Made by a program: the position numbers and the translations under genes. From Candidatus Saccharimonadota bacterium (GTDB lineage: Bacteria > Pseudomonadota > Gammaproteobacteria > Enterobacterales > Enterobacteriaceae), in assembly GCA_036689225.1 (NCBI GenBank), contig CP144768.1:127311-159310 (forward strand): a stretch of DNA of 32,000 nt. Direction: 5' to 3'. The first letter of the stretch is position 1; every line of letters starts with the position of its first letter. The notes under the pieces were generated by a model that was given only the letters and a program-made list of their open reading frames with translations, searched no databases and was not told where the DNA came from. Below are positions 11,295-23,929 of this stretch, one piece after another.

Positions 11295-12345
11295 GATTTA
11301 TTATATTAAAATTTATAAAATTTAATTTATTATCTTTAAATATATTAAGAATTATATTAACAACTTTATATATATAATTATTACCAAAATATTACAATAT
11401 AATAAATAATAACAAAAATAAAAAAATAACAAAATATAACGAATTAAATTAAAAATATAAAGTATAAATATGAATAATAAAAAATTAATCACAATAATAT
11501 AATAAAAATATTTATAAAAAGTATATCTTTACAAAAAATCATAAAATTTTGAAAAAATACAAATATTAAGTTTTTATTATTATATAATAACAATAATAAA
11601 TAAATTATATAATAACAATATAAAAAAAACTATTAAAAAAAATTTAGAATTTTTTAATACTAAATCATATATAATTATATAAATATTAAATATAATAATT
11701 ACTATATAAGAAAAAAAAGCTAATAGAATTAAAATAAATAAAAATATAATTAATAATATTAAAATAAAATTAATAAATTTATTAATAGAAATAAAAAATT
11801 CTATATTTTGAGGTACAATAAGATTAATATTATTATTATTAAAAATTTAATTTAAGTATATTAGAAAATATAATAAATTCTCTATTATTTTTTATATTTT
11901 TTAATATAAAAAAATTATTAATATTATATTATGATATATATCATAGATATAAAAAAAGATTTAAAAAATAATTAAAAATATAAATAATAATATTTTACAA
12001 AAAATTACTGAAAGTTCATATATATTAAAATTATTTATAATAAATGTTTTAATAAATAAATGAACTAAAATAAATATACCTTTAATAATCAATTATTACC
12101 AAATATAATATTATTAATAATAATATTAATATATATACGATTATTAAAAAAAAATAAATCCTTTAATATTAATAATAATTATTTTTATATTTATAATAAA
12201 TAAATATTTTAATATAATTTCAAATTAAAATAATATAAATAATAAATTAATTATATTTTTAATATATATATATATATTAAAAGTATAATTTTTTTTTTTT
12301 TTACAAATAAAAATCAATTTTCAATAATATTAATTATAAAATTTA

Positions 12346-14832
12346 ATGAAAAATATAATAAAAAATAGTAATAATAAAAAAAAAAAAATAAAAATAGAAA
12401 AAGAATTAAAAAAATCTTATTTAAACTATGCTATGTCTGTAATAATAGGAAGAGCTCTTCCAGATATTAGAGATGGATTAAAACCAGTACATAGACGTAT
12501 ATTATATGCTATGTATATATTAAAAAATTATTTTAATAAACCATATAAAAAATCAGCTAGAATAGTAGGAGATGTAATAGGTAAATATCATCCACATGGC
12601 GATAATGCTGTATATGATACCATAGTAAGAATGGCTCAAAATTTTTCTTTAAGATATCCATTAATAGATGGACAAGGTAATTTCGGTTCAATAGATGGAG
12701 ATTCAGCAGCAGCTATGAGATATACAGAAATAAGAATGTCTAAAATATCTAACGAATTATTACAAGATATAGAATATAATACAATTAATTTTATAAAAAA
12801 TTATGATGAAACTAAAAATATACCAGAAATATTACCTACAAAAATACCAAATATATTAATTAATGGAACAACAGGAATAGCAGTAGGTATGGCAACAAAT
12901 ATTCCACCTCATAATATAAAAGAAATAATTAATGCATTACTAAAATATTTAAAAAATAATAAAATAAAAACTAAAGAAATAATGAAATATATAAAAGGAC
13001 CAGATTTTCCTACAGGAGGAATAATAGAAAATACAAAAAAAATATATAAAGCATATAAAAAAGGAAAAGGAACAATAAAAATAAAATCAAAAATTAAAAT
13101 AGAAAACGATAAAAAAAATAAAAAAAAATATATTATTATAAAAGAATTACCTTATCAAATAAATAAAACAAAAATAATTAAAAAAATAATAGAATTAAAA
13201 AAATATAAAAAAATAGAAGGTATATCTAATATTAGAGATGAATCTAATAAAGATGGAATGAGAATTGTAATAGAAATAAAAAAAAATATAAAAAGAAAAA
13301 TAATAATAAATAAATTATATTATTTAACTAATTTAAAAATATCATATGGAATAAATATGATAGCTTTATATAAAAAAAAACCTAAAATTTTAAATTTAAA
13401 AAATATATTTAAAATATTTATTAAACATAGAAAAAAAATAATAAAAAAAAAAACTATATTTAAATTAAAAAAAAATAAAAAAAAAATACATATTTTAAAA
13501 GGTTTTTTAATTACATTATTTAATATAAATAAAATTTTATTTATTATAAAAAAATCTAATAATAAAGATGAAATTAAAAAAAAAATAATAAAAAAAAAAT
13601 GAAAAATAAAAGAAAATATAATTAATAAAAAAAAAAAAATATATTATTTAAATAATTTACAAATAAATTCAATATTAAATTTAAGTTTAATAAAATTAAC
13701 AAAAATAGAAAAAAATAAATTAATAAATAAATATTTAAATATAAAAAAAAAAATTAAAAAATTAAAAAAAATATTAAAAAATAAAAAAATATTAATAAAT
13801 ATAATAAAAAATGAATTAAAAAATATAAAAAAAAATTTTGGAGATAAAAGATTAACTAAAATAAAAAAAAATGAAAAAAAAATAAAAACTAAAGATTTAA
13901 TAAAAAAAGAAAAAATAATTATAATATTAACAAAATTTAATTATATTAGTTATAAAAAGATAAAAAATTTTGAAATACAAAATAAAGGTGGTAAAGGAAA
14001 AAAAATAAATAAAATAAAAAATAAAAATTATATAAAAAATATATTAATAACTAATACTCATAAAAAAATATTTTTATTTTCTAATAAAGGTAGATATTTT
14101 ATAATAAATTCATATGATATACCATATGAAATAAATTATAATCAAGGAAAACCAATAATAAATTTAATAAAAACTAAAAAAGAAGAAAAAATAACATTTT
14201 TATTAGAATATAAAAAAAAAAATATTTATAAATATTTAATATTAATAACAAAATACGGAATAATAAAAAAAATTAAAATAAATAAAATAAAAATAAAAAT
14301 AAATAAAGGATTAAATATAATAAATTTAAAAAAAAATGATAAAATAATAAGTGCAAATTATATAATAAAAAATCAACAAATTATGATATTTACAAAATTT
14401 GGAAAAGCAATAAGATTTTCAGAAAATGATGTAAGAGAAATGAAAAAAAATTCATTTGGAGTAAAAGCTATAAAATTAAAAAATAAAGATTATATTATCT
14501 CATCTTTAACTATAAATAATAAAGATAAAGAAATAATTATTATAACAAGAAATGGATATGGAAAAAGAACATTATTATCAAATTTTTTAAAAAAATCAAG
14601 AGCAACAAAAGGTATTATATCTATTAAAATAAATAAAAAAAATAACTACGCAACAAAAGTTATAAAAATTAATAAATATAACAAAATTATAATAATTACA
14701 AATAAAGGTAAATTTATGTGTATAAAAACAAATAAAATAAATATTTTAAATAGAAATACTCAAGGAATAATTTTAATGCGTATAAATAATATTAAAAAAG
14801 AAAAAATTATAGATTTACAAAAAATTAATTAA
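12346..14832 (+). CDS. gyrA: DNA gyrase subunit A (828 aa), with in-frame TGA at 13600
   Basis: [36 protein letters not shown]...[49 protein letters not shown] is the canonical GyrA N-terminus including the active-site region. I read 13603-14382 and found no stop in that frame. The C-terminal beta-pinwheel ORF 14383-14832 is in the same frame. Confidence 0.97.
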
Positions 14833-14837
14833 AATAC

Positions 14838-16247
14838 TTATAATATAAATACTGAAATAGTATTAATATTAGAAGAAATTAATGTACCTGAAACCATAAT
14901 TATGGTATCACCAATTTTTGCATAACCATTAGATATAGATATATTTTTACTAATATTATAAAAATCATCTATAGAATTAATATTATTAATTAATATTGGT
15001 ATAACTCCTTTAATTAAAATTAATTGTCTAATAATAATTTTATTTTTAGTTAATGCTAAAATTAAAGATTTAGGAAAATATTTTCTAATAGATTTAACTA
15101 ATTTACCATTTTTTGTAAAAACTGAAATTAAAGGAGAATTTAATTTTTTAGAAATATCTACAGAACTTTTACATATAGCTTCATTTACAGATATATTTAT
15201 ATCTTTTTTATATAAATAATTATATTCTATATCATATCTATCTGTACAACAACAAATATCATACATTATTTTTACAGATTCAATTGGATATTTACCTTTA
15301 GCACTCTCTCCAGATAACATCACAGCATCAGTTCCATCTAATATAGCATTTGCTACATCACCAGCTTCAGCTCTAGTAGGTCTAGGATTTAATATCATTG
15401 AATTTAACATTTGAGTAGCAGTAATAACTATTTTTTTATAAAAATTACATTTTCTAATCATCATTTTTTGAGCAAAAATTACATCTTTTATAGGTATTTC
15501 TACACCTAAATCTCCTCTAGCTACCATAATACCATCAGAAACATTTAATATTTGATCAAAATTTTTTAAACCTTCTTTATTTTCTATTTTAGAAATAATT
15601 TTAATATTATTTCCTCCATTTTTATCTAAAAATTTTCTAATATTTAAAATATCAGAACTTTTTCTAACAAATGATGCAGCAATAAAATCTATTTTATTAT
15701 TACAAGCAAAAATTAAATCTTTTTTATCTTTTTTAGATAATATAGGTAAATTAATATAAATATTTGGTAAATTAATTCCTTTATTTTCACCTAAAATACC
15801 ACTATTTTTAACTCTACAAATTAATTTATAATTATCTTTATCAATTACAAACATACTAATTAATCCATCATCAACTAATATATTATCTCCTATATTTAAA
15901 TCAGATACAAAATTTTTATAAGATACTCCAACAATAGTATTATCTCCTATAATATTTTTATCAGAAGTAAAAGAAAATATTTGATTACTATTTAAAAATA
16001 CTTCTTTAGAATTTTTTAATTTTAAAGTACGAATTTCAGGACCTTTAGTATCTAAAATAATAGATATTTTTTTTTTAGTTTTATTTAAAGCAATATTTAA
16101 ATTTTCAATATATTTTTTATGAATATAATGATTACCATGAGAAAAATTTAATCTTACAACATCCATACCACAATTTAATAAATTAACTAATATATTTATA
16201 TTATTTATACTAGGTCCCATAGTACAAACTATTTTTGTTTTTTTCAT
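14838..16247 (-). CDS. pykF: Pyruvate kinase I (469 aa)
   Basis: It is colinear with E. coli PykF over its full length. Matching stretches include [53 protein letters not shown] and [35 protein letters not shown]. Confidence 0.97.
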   Translation of the reverse strand: MKKTKIVCTMGPSINNINILVNLLNCGMDVVRLNFSHGNHYIHKKYIENLNIALNKTKKKISIILDTKGPEIRTLKLKNSKEVFLNSNQIFSFTSDKNIIGDNTIVGVSYKNFVSDLNIGDNILVDDGLISMFVIDKDNYKLICRVKNSGILGENKGINLPNIYINLPILSKKDKKDLIFACNNKIDFIAASFVRKSSDILNIRKFLDKNGGNNIKIISKIENKEGLKNFDQILNVSDGIMVARGDLGVEIPIKDVIFAQKMMIRKCNFYKKIVITATQMLNSMILNPRPTRAEAGDVANAILDGTDAVMLSGESAKGKYPIESVKIMYDICCCTDRYDIEYNYLYKKDINISVNEAICKSSVDISKKLNSPLISVFTKNGKLVKSIRKYFPKSLILALTKNKIIIRQLILIKGVIPILINNINSIDDFYNISKNISISNGYAKIGDTIIMVSGTLISSNINTISVFIL

Positions 16248-16284
16248 ATAATTAAATATTTATTAAAAATACTTTTTTAAAATA

Positions 16285-16356
16285 TGCGTTCTAGTGGAAT
16301 TGAACCACTAACTTCCATCACGTCAAAATGGCACTCTACCTTTGAGTTAAGAACGC
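16285..16356 (-). tRNA. tRNA-Val (anticodon GAC), 72 nt, CCA not encoded
   Basis: The reverse complement is GCGTTCTTAACTCAAAGGTAGAGTGCCATTTTGACGTGATGGAAGTTAGTGGTTCAATTCCACTAGAACGCA. It folds with a 7-bp acceptor stem (GCGTTCT/AGAACGC), an anticodon stem CCATT/GATGG, a loop TTGACGT and a T-loop TTCAATT. It resembles E. coli tRNA-Val(GAC). Confidence 0.9.
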
Positions 16357-16475
16357 AATACAATTATTATTATAATATAATTTTTTATAATATATATATA
16401 AAAATATATTTTTAATATATATATATAATATTATAATTAATATTTAAAAATTAACAATATAAAAATTTAAAATAT

Positions 16476-17723
16476 ATGAAAAAAAATATAATTAAAGAAT
16501 TAAAATGAAGAAAATTAATAATACAAAATTCAGACGAAAAAAATATTTTAAAATATTTAAAAAAAAAAAATATAAGTATATATTGTGGATTTGACCCTAC
16601 AAATGATAGTTTACATATAGGACATTTAATACCAATAATAACTTTAAAAAGATTTAAAAAATATGGATACAAAATAATAATATTAATAGGAGAATTTACA
16701 TCTTTAATAGGAGATCCTAGTTTTCAAAAAAAAAAAAGAAAAAAATATAAAATTAATAAAATATTAAAATTTAGTAAAAAAATAATAAAACAAATAAAAA
16801 AAATAATATCAAATAAAATAATAATTAAAAAAAATAGTAAATGATTTAATAAAATGAAAATTAATTTTTTTCTTAAATATTTATGTAATAATTTTACAAT
16901 TAATACAATGTTAAATAAAGAAGCAATACAAAAAAGAAATTTAATAAAAAAAAAAGGAATTAGTTATAAAGAATTAAGTTATCCTATATTACAAAGTTAT
17001 GATTTTTTATATTTATTTAATAAAAAAAATACAAAAATTCAAATAGGAGGTTCAGATCAATGAGGAAATATAATATCAGGAATAAATTTAATTAATAAAA
17101 TAAAAAAAAAAAAATCTTTTGGAATTACTTTACCATTAATAACAAAAAAAAATGGAATAAAATATAGTAAATCAGAAAAAAATATAATTTGATTAAATAA
17201 AAATAAAACAACACCATATGAATTTTATCAATTTTGATTAAATATAGAAGATAATAAAGTAAATAATTATTTAAAACAATTTACATTTTTAAATTATAAA
17301 AAAATTAAAAATATTAAAAAAAATAAAAATATAATAGATAAAAAAAAAATATTAGCTACAGAAATAACAAAAATAGTACATGGAAAAAAATATATTAAAA
17401 ATATTAATTTTATTTCAAATTTTTATTTTAAAAAAAAAAAAAATATAACAATAAAAATATTAAAAAAAATTTTTAAATTTAAAATACCAAAAATAATCTT
17501 AAAAAATAATATTAATAAATTAAATAATATATTATTATTATTAAAAATATGTAAATCAAAATCAGAAGCTAATAAATTAATATATCATTCTTCAATAAAA
17601 TTAAATAATATAATAATAAAAAATATAAATTATAAAATTAAAAAAGAAAATAAATATTTTAATAAATTTACTATATTAAAAAAAGGTAAAAAAAAATTCT
17701 ATTTAATAAAATGAATAAAATAA
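16476..17723 (+). CDS. tyrS: Tyrosyl-tRNA synthetase (415 aa), with multiple in-frame TGA codons
   Basis: IYCGFDPTNDSLHIGHLIPIITLKRF (HIGH region), LIGEFTSLIGDPSF and IQIGGSDQ-TGA(W)-GNI (conserved GGSDQWGN) are present. The C-terminal S4-like tail runs to TAA at 17721. The start ATG is at 16476. Confidence 0.93.
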
Positions 17724-17727
17724 TATA

Positions 17728-17754
17728 ATTTTCTATAATTATTTTATAGAAAAT
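17728..17754 (+). terminator. Hairpin immediately after the tyrS stop, a possible intrinsic terminator
   Basis: attttctataa / ttatagaaaat forms a perfect 11-bp stem with a 5-nt loop (ttatt), starting 5 nt after the tyrS stop. The downstream T tract is weak (atatttc). Confidence 0.35.
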
Positions 17755-17935
17755 ATTTCAATATAAAAATACTAAAAAAATAAATATATATATATATATT
17801 AAAAAAAATAATTTTATTAAATTAATTACAACAAAAAATATTTATATTATTTTAATTTAAATATAAAAATAAATTTTATTTATATTTATAAATTTAAATA
17901 ATTTTAATTTATATATAATTTTAATATAAAATTAT

Positions 17936-19231
<1,296 letters not shown>

Positions 19232-19435
19232 ATAATATACTCCATATAATAATTATATATATTTAATAATATTATTAAATATATTATTATAATAAATATT
19301 ATTTCAAAATATTATATCATATAATAATAAAATATTATAATTAACAAATAAACAAATATATATTACATAAAATAATTAAAATATATAAAATATAATATAT
19401 TATTTTATTATTTATAATATATAAATATTATAATA

Positions 19436-21421
19436 TTATTTATATATTTTTCTATTAAATTTATCATTTATACCAGATTTTCTATAAAAATAAGTATTTA
19501 TTTTATCTCTTCATTCACATGAATGAAGATATTGTTTTCTTAATCTTTTTTTGACATTATAAAATATATTTTTTTTTATATAAAATTTTAATTTATTTCA
19601 TAATTTAATTCATTTATAAACATTTTTTACACCTTCAAAATGAGTATTATATATATATTGAATTATAGAAATTTTATATTTTTTAATTATATATTTATAA
19701 GATAAATTATGAAAAAATAATAATAATTTCTTAGGACATCTATTTATATCACTAAATTTTTTAATATTTTCATCAAAATATTGTTTTATAAAATTAGAAC
19801 CATTAAAAGTTCTATTATATCCTAAACTATATCTATTAGAATAATGATATATACCTGAATCTAAATATTCATATCCATCTATATTTGGAACATAATTATT
19901 TTTTGGATCAACCATTCCATTTAAACCTAATGGAGAAGTATAATTTTCATAATTTTGTCAACTATTATACATTATTTTTCTAATTATATTTATAACTTTT
20001 TTATTTTTATTTATAGATAATATTATTCATTCTTTTAATAAATTATTTAAATTTTTATTTAAATTTCATAATATATTGCCATAACAAAATATATTAGATT
20101 GAGATAAATAATGTCCAGTTCAATTATAATTATTTCCTATATTAGATATAACAGAAACACCAAAATATTTACATTTTTTATGTAATTTTCCTGAAATTAA
20201 TTTTTTAATAGTACATTTTCTATTTTTATAATAATAAGTATTAAAATTAAATATATTTTTTCATTGCATAGGTAATCAACATAAATCTATTTGTTGTCCA
20301 GTAAATTCTTGATTAATTTGTAATTCTAATATTTGAGAAGTTTTATCCATAGAACCTAATAAAGGAGAAACAGGTTCTCTAATTTGAAAACCTATTGGAT
20401 CATTAATTTGTAATATAACATTATTTGGAAATAAACCATTTAATTTATTAAAATACTTATAATTATTTAATATTTTATCATTATTTTTATTTCTTCAATT
20501 TTGTTTTTTATATATATCACATTTTCATACTAAAATACCATTAAAATAATTTAAATTTTTAGCTATATATTTACAACCATCTATATGATTTCTATTATAA
20601 TATAAAGGTCCTTTATTATTTTTACAATCAGTCTTTACAAAAAAACCTCCAAAATTTGGCATATATGAATATATTTCTTCTATTTTTTTTTCTCATCAAT
20701 ATATAACATTATTATCTAATGGATCAAATGTATCTAATTTTCCTAATATTATAGGACTTTTATAATTAATAGATAAAAACATTTTTATATTATATTTATT
20801 TAATATATTATATATTTCATAAATTTGAATTAATCAATTTTTAGTAATTAAAAAAGTAGAAAATATATTAACATTAATATTATTTATACATATTGCATTT
20901 ATTCTAATACTACATAATAATCTACAATAATATCTTATTCTATAAAAATCAAAATTAATATTATTTTTTAAAAAAAAAATAGAATTACCAGAATATCCTT
21001 TTTCTATTGAACCATCTAAATTATCTAAATGTTGTACAATTCTTAATTTAACTAATGGTTTTTCATGTATAAATATATTATTTATATCAAAATTATTTAA
21101 TTGAATATTATTAAATAAATGATATAAAGAATATAAAAATCCTTTTATATTCTTAGAAAAAATAAAAATTTTATTTTTAATATTTTTTATTAAATATTCT
21201 TCATCATCAAAATTTTTATTATTAAGAAATATTAAACTTGATATTTTAATTTTATTTGTAAATACTACATAATTTTTATCTATAAAATATAATATCTCCT
21301 CTTTTAAAAAAAAATATTTTTTTTTTATATATATATATTTAAATATTTTTTTATATTTTTTTTTATTTAAAAAATTATCAATATTAACTAATCAACATTT
21401 CGAAAAATTTTCTTTTATCAT
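19436..21421 (-). CDS. aguA: Alpha-glucuronidase, glycoside hydrolase family 67 (661 aa), containing 15 in-frame TGA(Trp) codons
   Basis: Joined through TGA, the frame is open from the ATG at 21421-21419 to TAA at 19436. Recognisable GH67 blocks are [142 protein letters not shown]...[12 protein letters not shown] and [22 protein letters not shown]. No N-terminal signal peptide is seen. Confidence 0.85.
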
Positions 21422-21477
21422 TTTATTAAAATATTATTATTAATAATACATTTTTTAATTATATATTATAATAAAAT

Positions 21478-22287
21478 ATGGAAAAAAAAAAAATAAATAA
21501 AAATATTATTCCAAATATTAGAGGAATAAATATATATAATATATACCAAAATTTTTCTTTTATTAAAAAAATAAAGAAATATATAAAATATATAAATAAT
21601 ATTAAAATACTAATAAAATATAATAAAATAATAAATATAAAAAAATTTATAAATATAATAAAAATATGTAATAAAAAAAATATTAATTTAACTATAAATA
21701 TTAAATTATATAATTTTAAAAAAAAAAATAAAATTAAATATATAAAATATATAAAATATATTATTAATAATTTAAATATAAAAAAAATATTTATAAGTAT
21801 AAATTTACAATGTAAAAATATAAACGAATGATATCTCTTTTACAAAGATTTTATTTATATTTATAATTTAAAAAAAATAAATAATATAATTTTTATAAAT
21901 TATCCAAATAATTTTAAATATCCTAATTATTTAATTTTATATAAAATTAAAAAAATATTTAATATTTTCAAAAAAAATAATATTTTTTTATTAATATCTA
22001 TATATAATAAAATATATAGAAAAATAAAAAATTTAATACAATTTTTAAATTGTATAATAAATAAAAATATACCAATAGTTTTAAGTGAAATAAATTATAT
22101 TAATAATATAAAATTTTTATTAAATTTCTGTCAAAAAAAAAATATAAATTGATGAATAACACCTAAAAAATATAAAAATATTAATAAAAAAATAAATATA
22201 TCAAATATATCATCTATAATTTTTTGTAAAAATGGAATAAGACAAACATCAATAAAAAATCCTTACCCATATAATTATTATGGATAA
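21478..22287 (+). CDS. Divergent 269-aa protein, a putative clan GH-A (beta/alpha)8 glycoside hydrolase that is GH10 xylanase-like
   Basis: The frame is open under table 4, with TGA at 21829, 22150 and 22153. Its motif order resembles GH10. IRGINIYN sits near the N-terminus, CKNINEW parallels WDVxNE (acid/base), IFINYPNN parallels LFYNDYN, IPIVLSEINY parallels hhITELDh (nucleophile), and NINWWIT parallels the beta-8 TFWG. It is transcribed divergently from the GH67 gene. It is short for the family, and I could not place the conserved GxQxH His. Confidence 0.4.
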
Positions 22288-22295
22288 GGTTTTTT
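22254..22295. terminator. Symmetrical bidirectional intrinsic terminator between two convergent enzyme genes
   Basis: The structure is aaaaaat-CCTTACCCATA-taattat-TATGGATAAGG-tttttt. The stem is 11 bp with one mismatch and is unusually G+C-rich for this sequence. It is flanked by A6 upstream and T6 downstream, so it reads as hairpin plus U-tract on both strands. It overlaps the last codons of the plus-strand gene and lies 28 nt beyond the polygalacturonase stop. Confidence 0.65.
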
Positions 22296-22322
22296 ATAAT
22301 ATTACTCACTTTATTTAATCTT

Positions 22323-23570
22323 TTAGTTTAATTTTCTTGTAGGACAAATATTTCCATTAGCATTTTCATTTAAAATACCTTTAGCTGTAACATTAACCAT
22401 TTTTATTACAGAACCTTTTTTAATATTTACATTTGAAAATATAACTTCAATATTATTTCCTTTTATACCATTAAAAATAAAATTACCAGGTGTTAATACT
22501 TTTACTGAATCAAAATTTATATTTTTAAATTTAGGTATTTTATTTCCTTTAGCATTTTTATTATAAAACATATCTAAATATATAGGATTTTTAACATCTT
22601 TTATACATATATTTTTATATGTAATAAAACTTACTAAACCACCTCTAGAAATATCACTTTTAATACGTAAACCACTAGTTGTTCCATCCATAGATAAACC
22701 ATCTACTAAAATATCATTAACATTACCTAATGTTTCACTACCTATTGACATTCCATGACCTTTACCAAAATTATTATTTACAATAGATATATGAGATGTA
22801 GGACCATGAGAAGCTTTTATAGCTATATTATCATCTCCTGTACTAATATATGAATGTGCTATAGTAATATTACTTGATGATCCTGGATCTATACCATCAG
22901 TATTACGAGCATCAGCAGGAGTATTTATATTAACTCCTCAAACTGTAAGTCCATCCAAATTATTTGTAGAAACATGAAAATTAGGTGAATTTTTTATAGA
23001 TATTTTATAAAAAGTAAAATTTTTTGAATTCTTTATTACAATAAGTCTAGGTACATTTTGTGACTGATTTTTTTTTTGTGCTTCACTAGCTAAATTTCAC
23101 CATGTTTTTGTACTTCCTTTCATAACAGAATTACCTTGACCATCAATAATTCCTTCTCCATATATACCACTATTTATAGAATTATTAACTGTTATAAAAG
23201 GAATACATGATTTACCTATATTATCTAATTTACCACATTTGTTACCTCCATTATCATATAATAATGGATCAGGTATTGCAGATAATATAGTACCCTTATC
23301 TATTAATATTCCTCCATTAGAAGGTATATTTAATGGACCTGAATAAAAATGAAAATTTTTATTATCAGTAGATTTTAATTCTACTACCTTATTTTGTTTA
23401 GCACAATTATTTATTGCTTTTTGAATTACACTAGTATTATTTTTATTATTAGCTTTTAATACAATACAACTTGAAGGATTTACAGGTTCTTTAATATTAC
23501 GTGTATCTCCAGCTATAGCTGTATTTATAGCTAAAATACTTATTAAAATTAAATATATACTATTTTTCAT
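22323..23570 (-). CDS. pehA: Endo-polygalacturonase, glycoside hydrolase family 28 (415 aa), with an N-terminal Sec signal peptide
   Basis: Fragments 22323-22751 and 23097-23570 are in one frame. I translated the gap as ...TWWNLASEAQKK...PRLIVIKNSKNFTFYKISIKNSPNFHVST...ARNTDGIDPGSSSNITIAHSYISTGDDNIAIKA...NNNFGKGHGMSIGSE...GLRIKSD. All four GH28 signature motifs (NTD, DD, GHG, RIK) are intact, and the protein is colinear with Pectobacterium PehA. The signal peptide is MKNSIYLILISILAINTAIA/GD. An AGGA Shine-Dalgarno lies 5 nt upstream of the ATG. Confidence 0.92.
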
Positions 23571-23849
23571 ATATATCCTATATAAATTTATTTAATAAAG
23601 TAAGTAATAATCATAAATATTTTAATATTTAGATTATATTATTATAACATAAAAAAATATTATAAAATATTTTTAAAAAAAAAATAAATTTAATATAAAA
23701 AATTATATTAAATAACAAAATATATATTATAAAAATTTTAATAAATAAATTATATTAAAATAGAAAATAAAATTAATAATTATAAAATTTTTTAATATAA
23801 ATATATAAATTTATTTTTTTATATAAATATATGATATAATAAATAAATT

Positions 23850-23921
<72 letters not shown>

Positions 23922-23929
23922 TTTATAAA

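Noticed and set aside
16381-16440. An imperfect AT palindrome and TA runs between tRNA-Val and tyrS, and similar ones at 17790-17930, considered as regulatory structures.
   Set aside because: They consist purely of A/T, are imperfect, and are expected by chance at this base composition. There is no supporting context.
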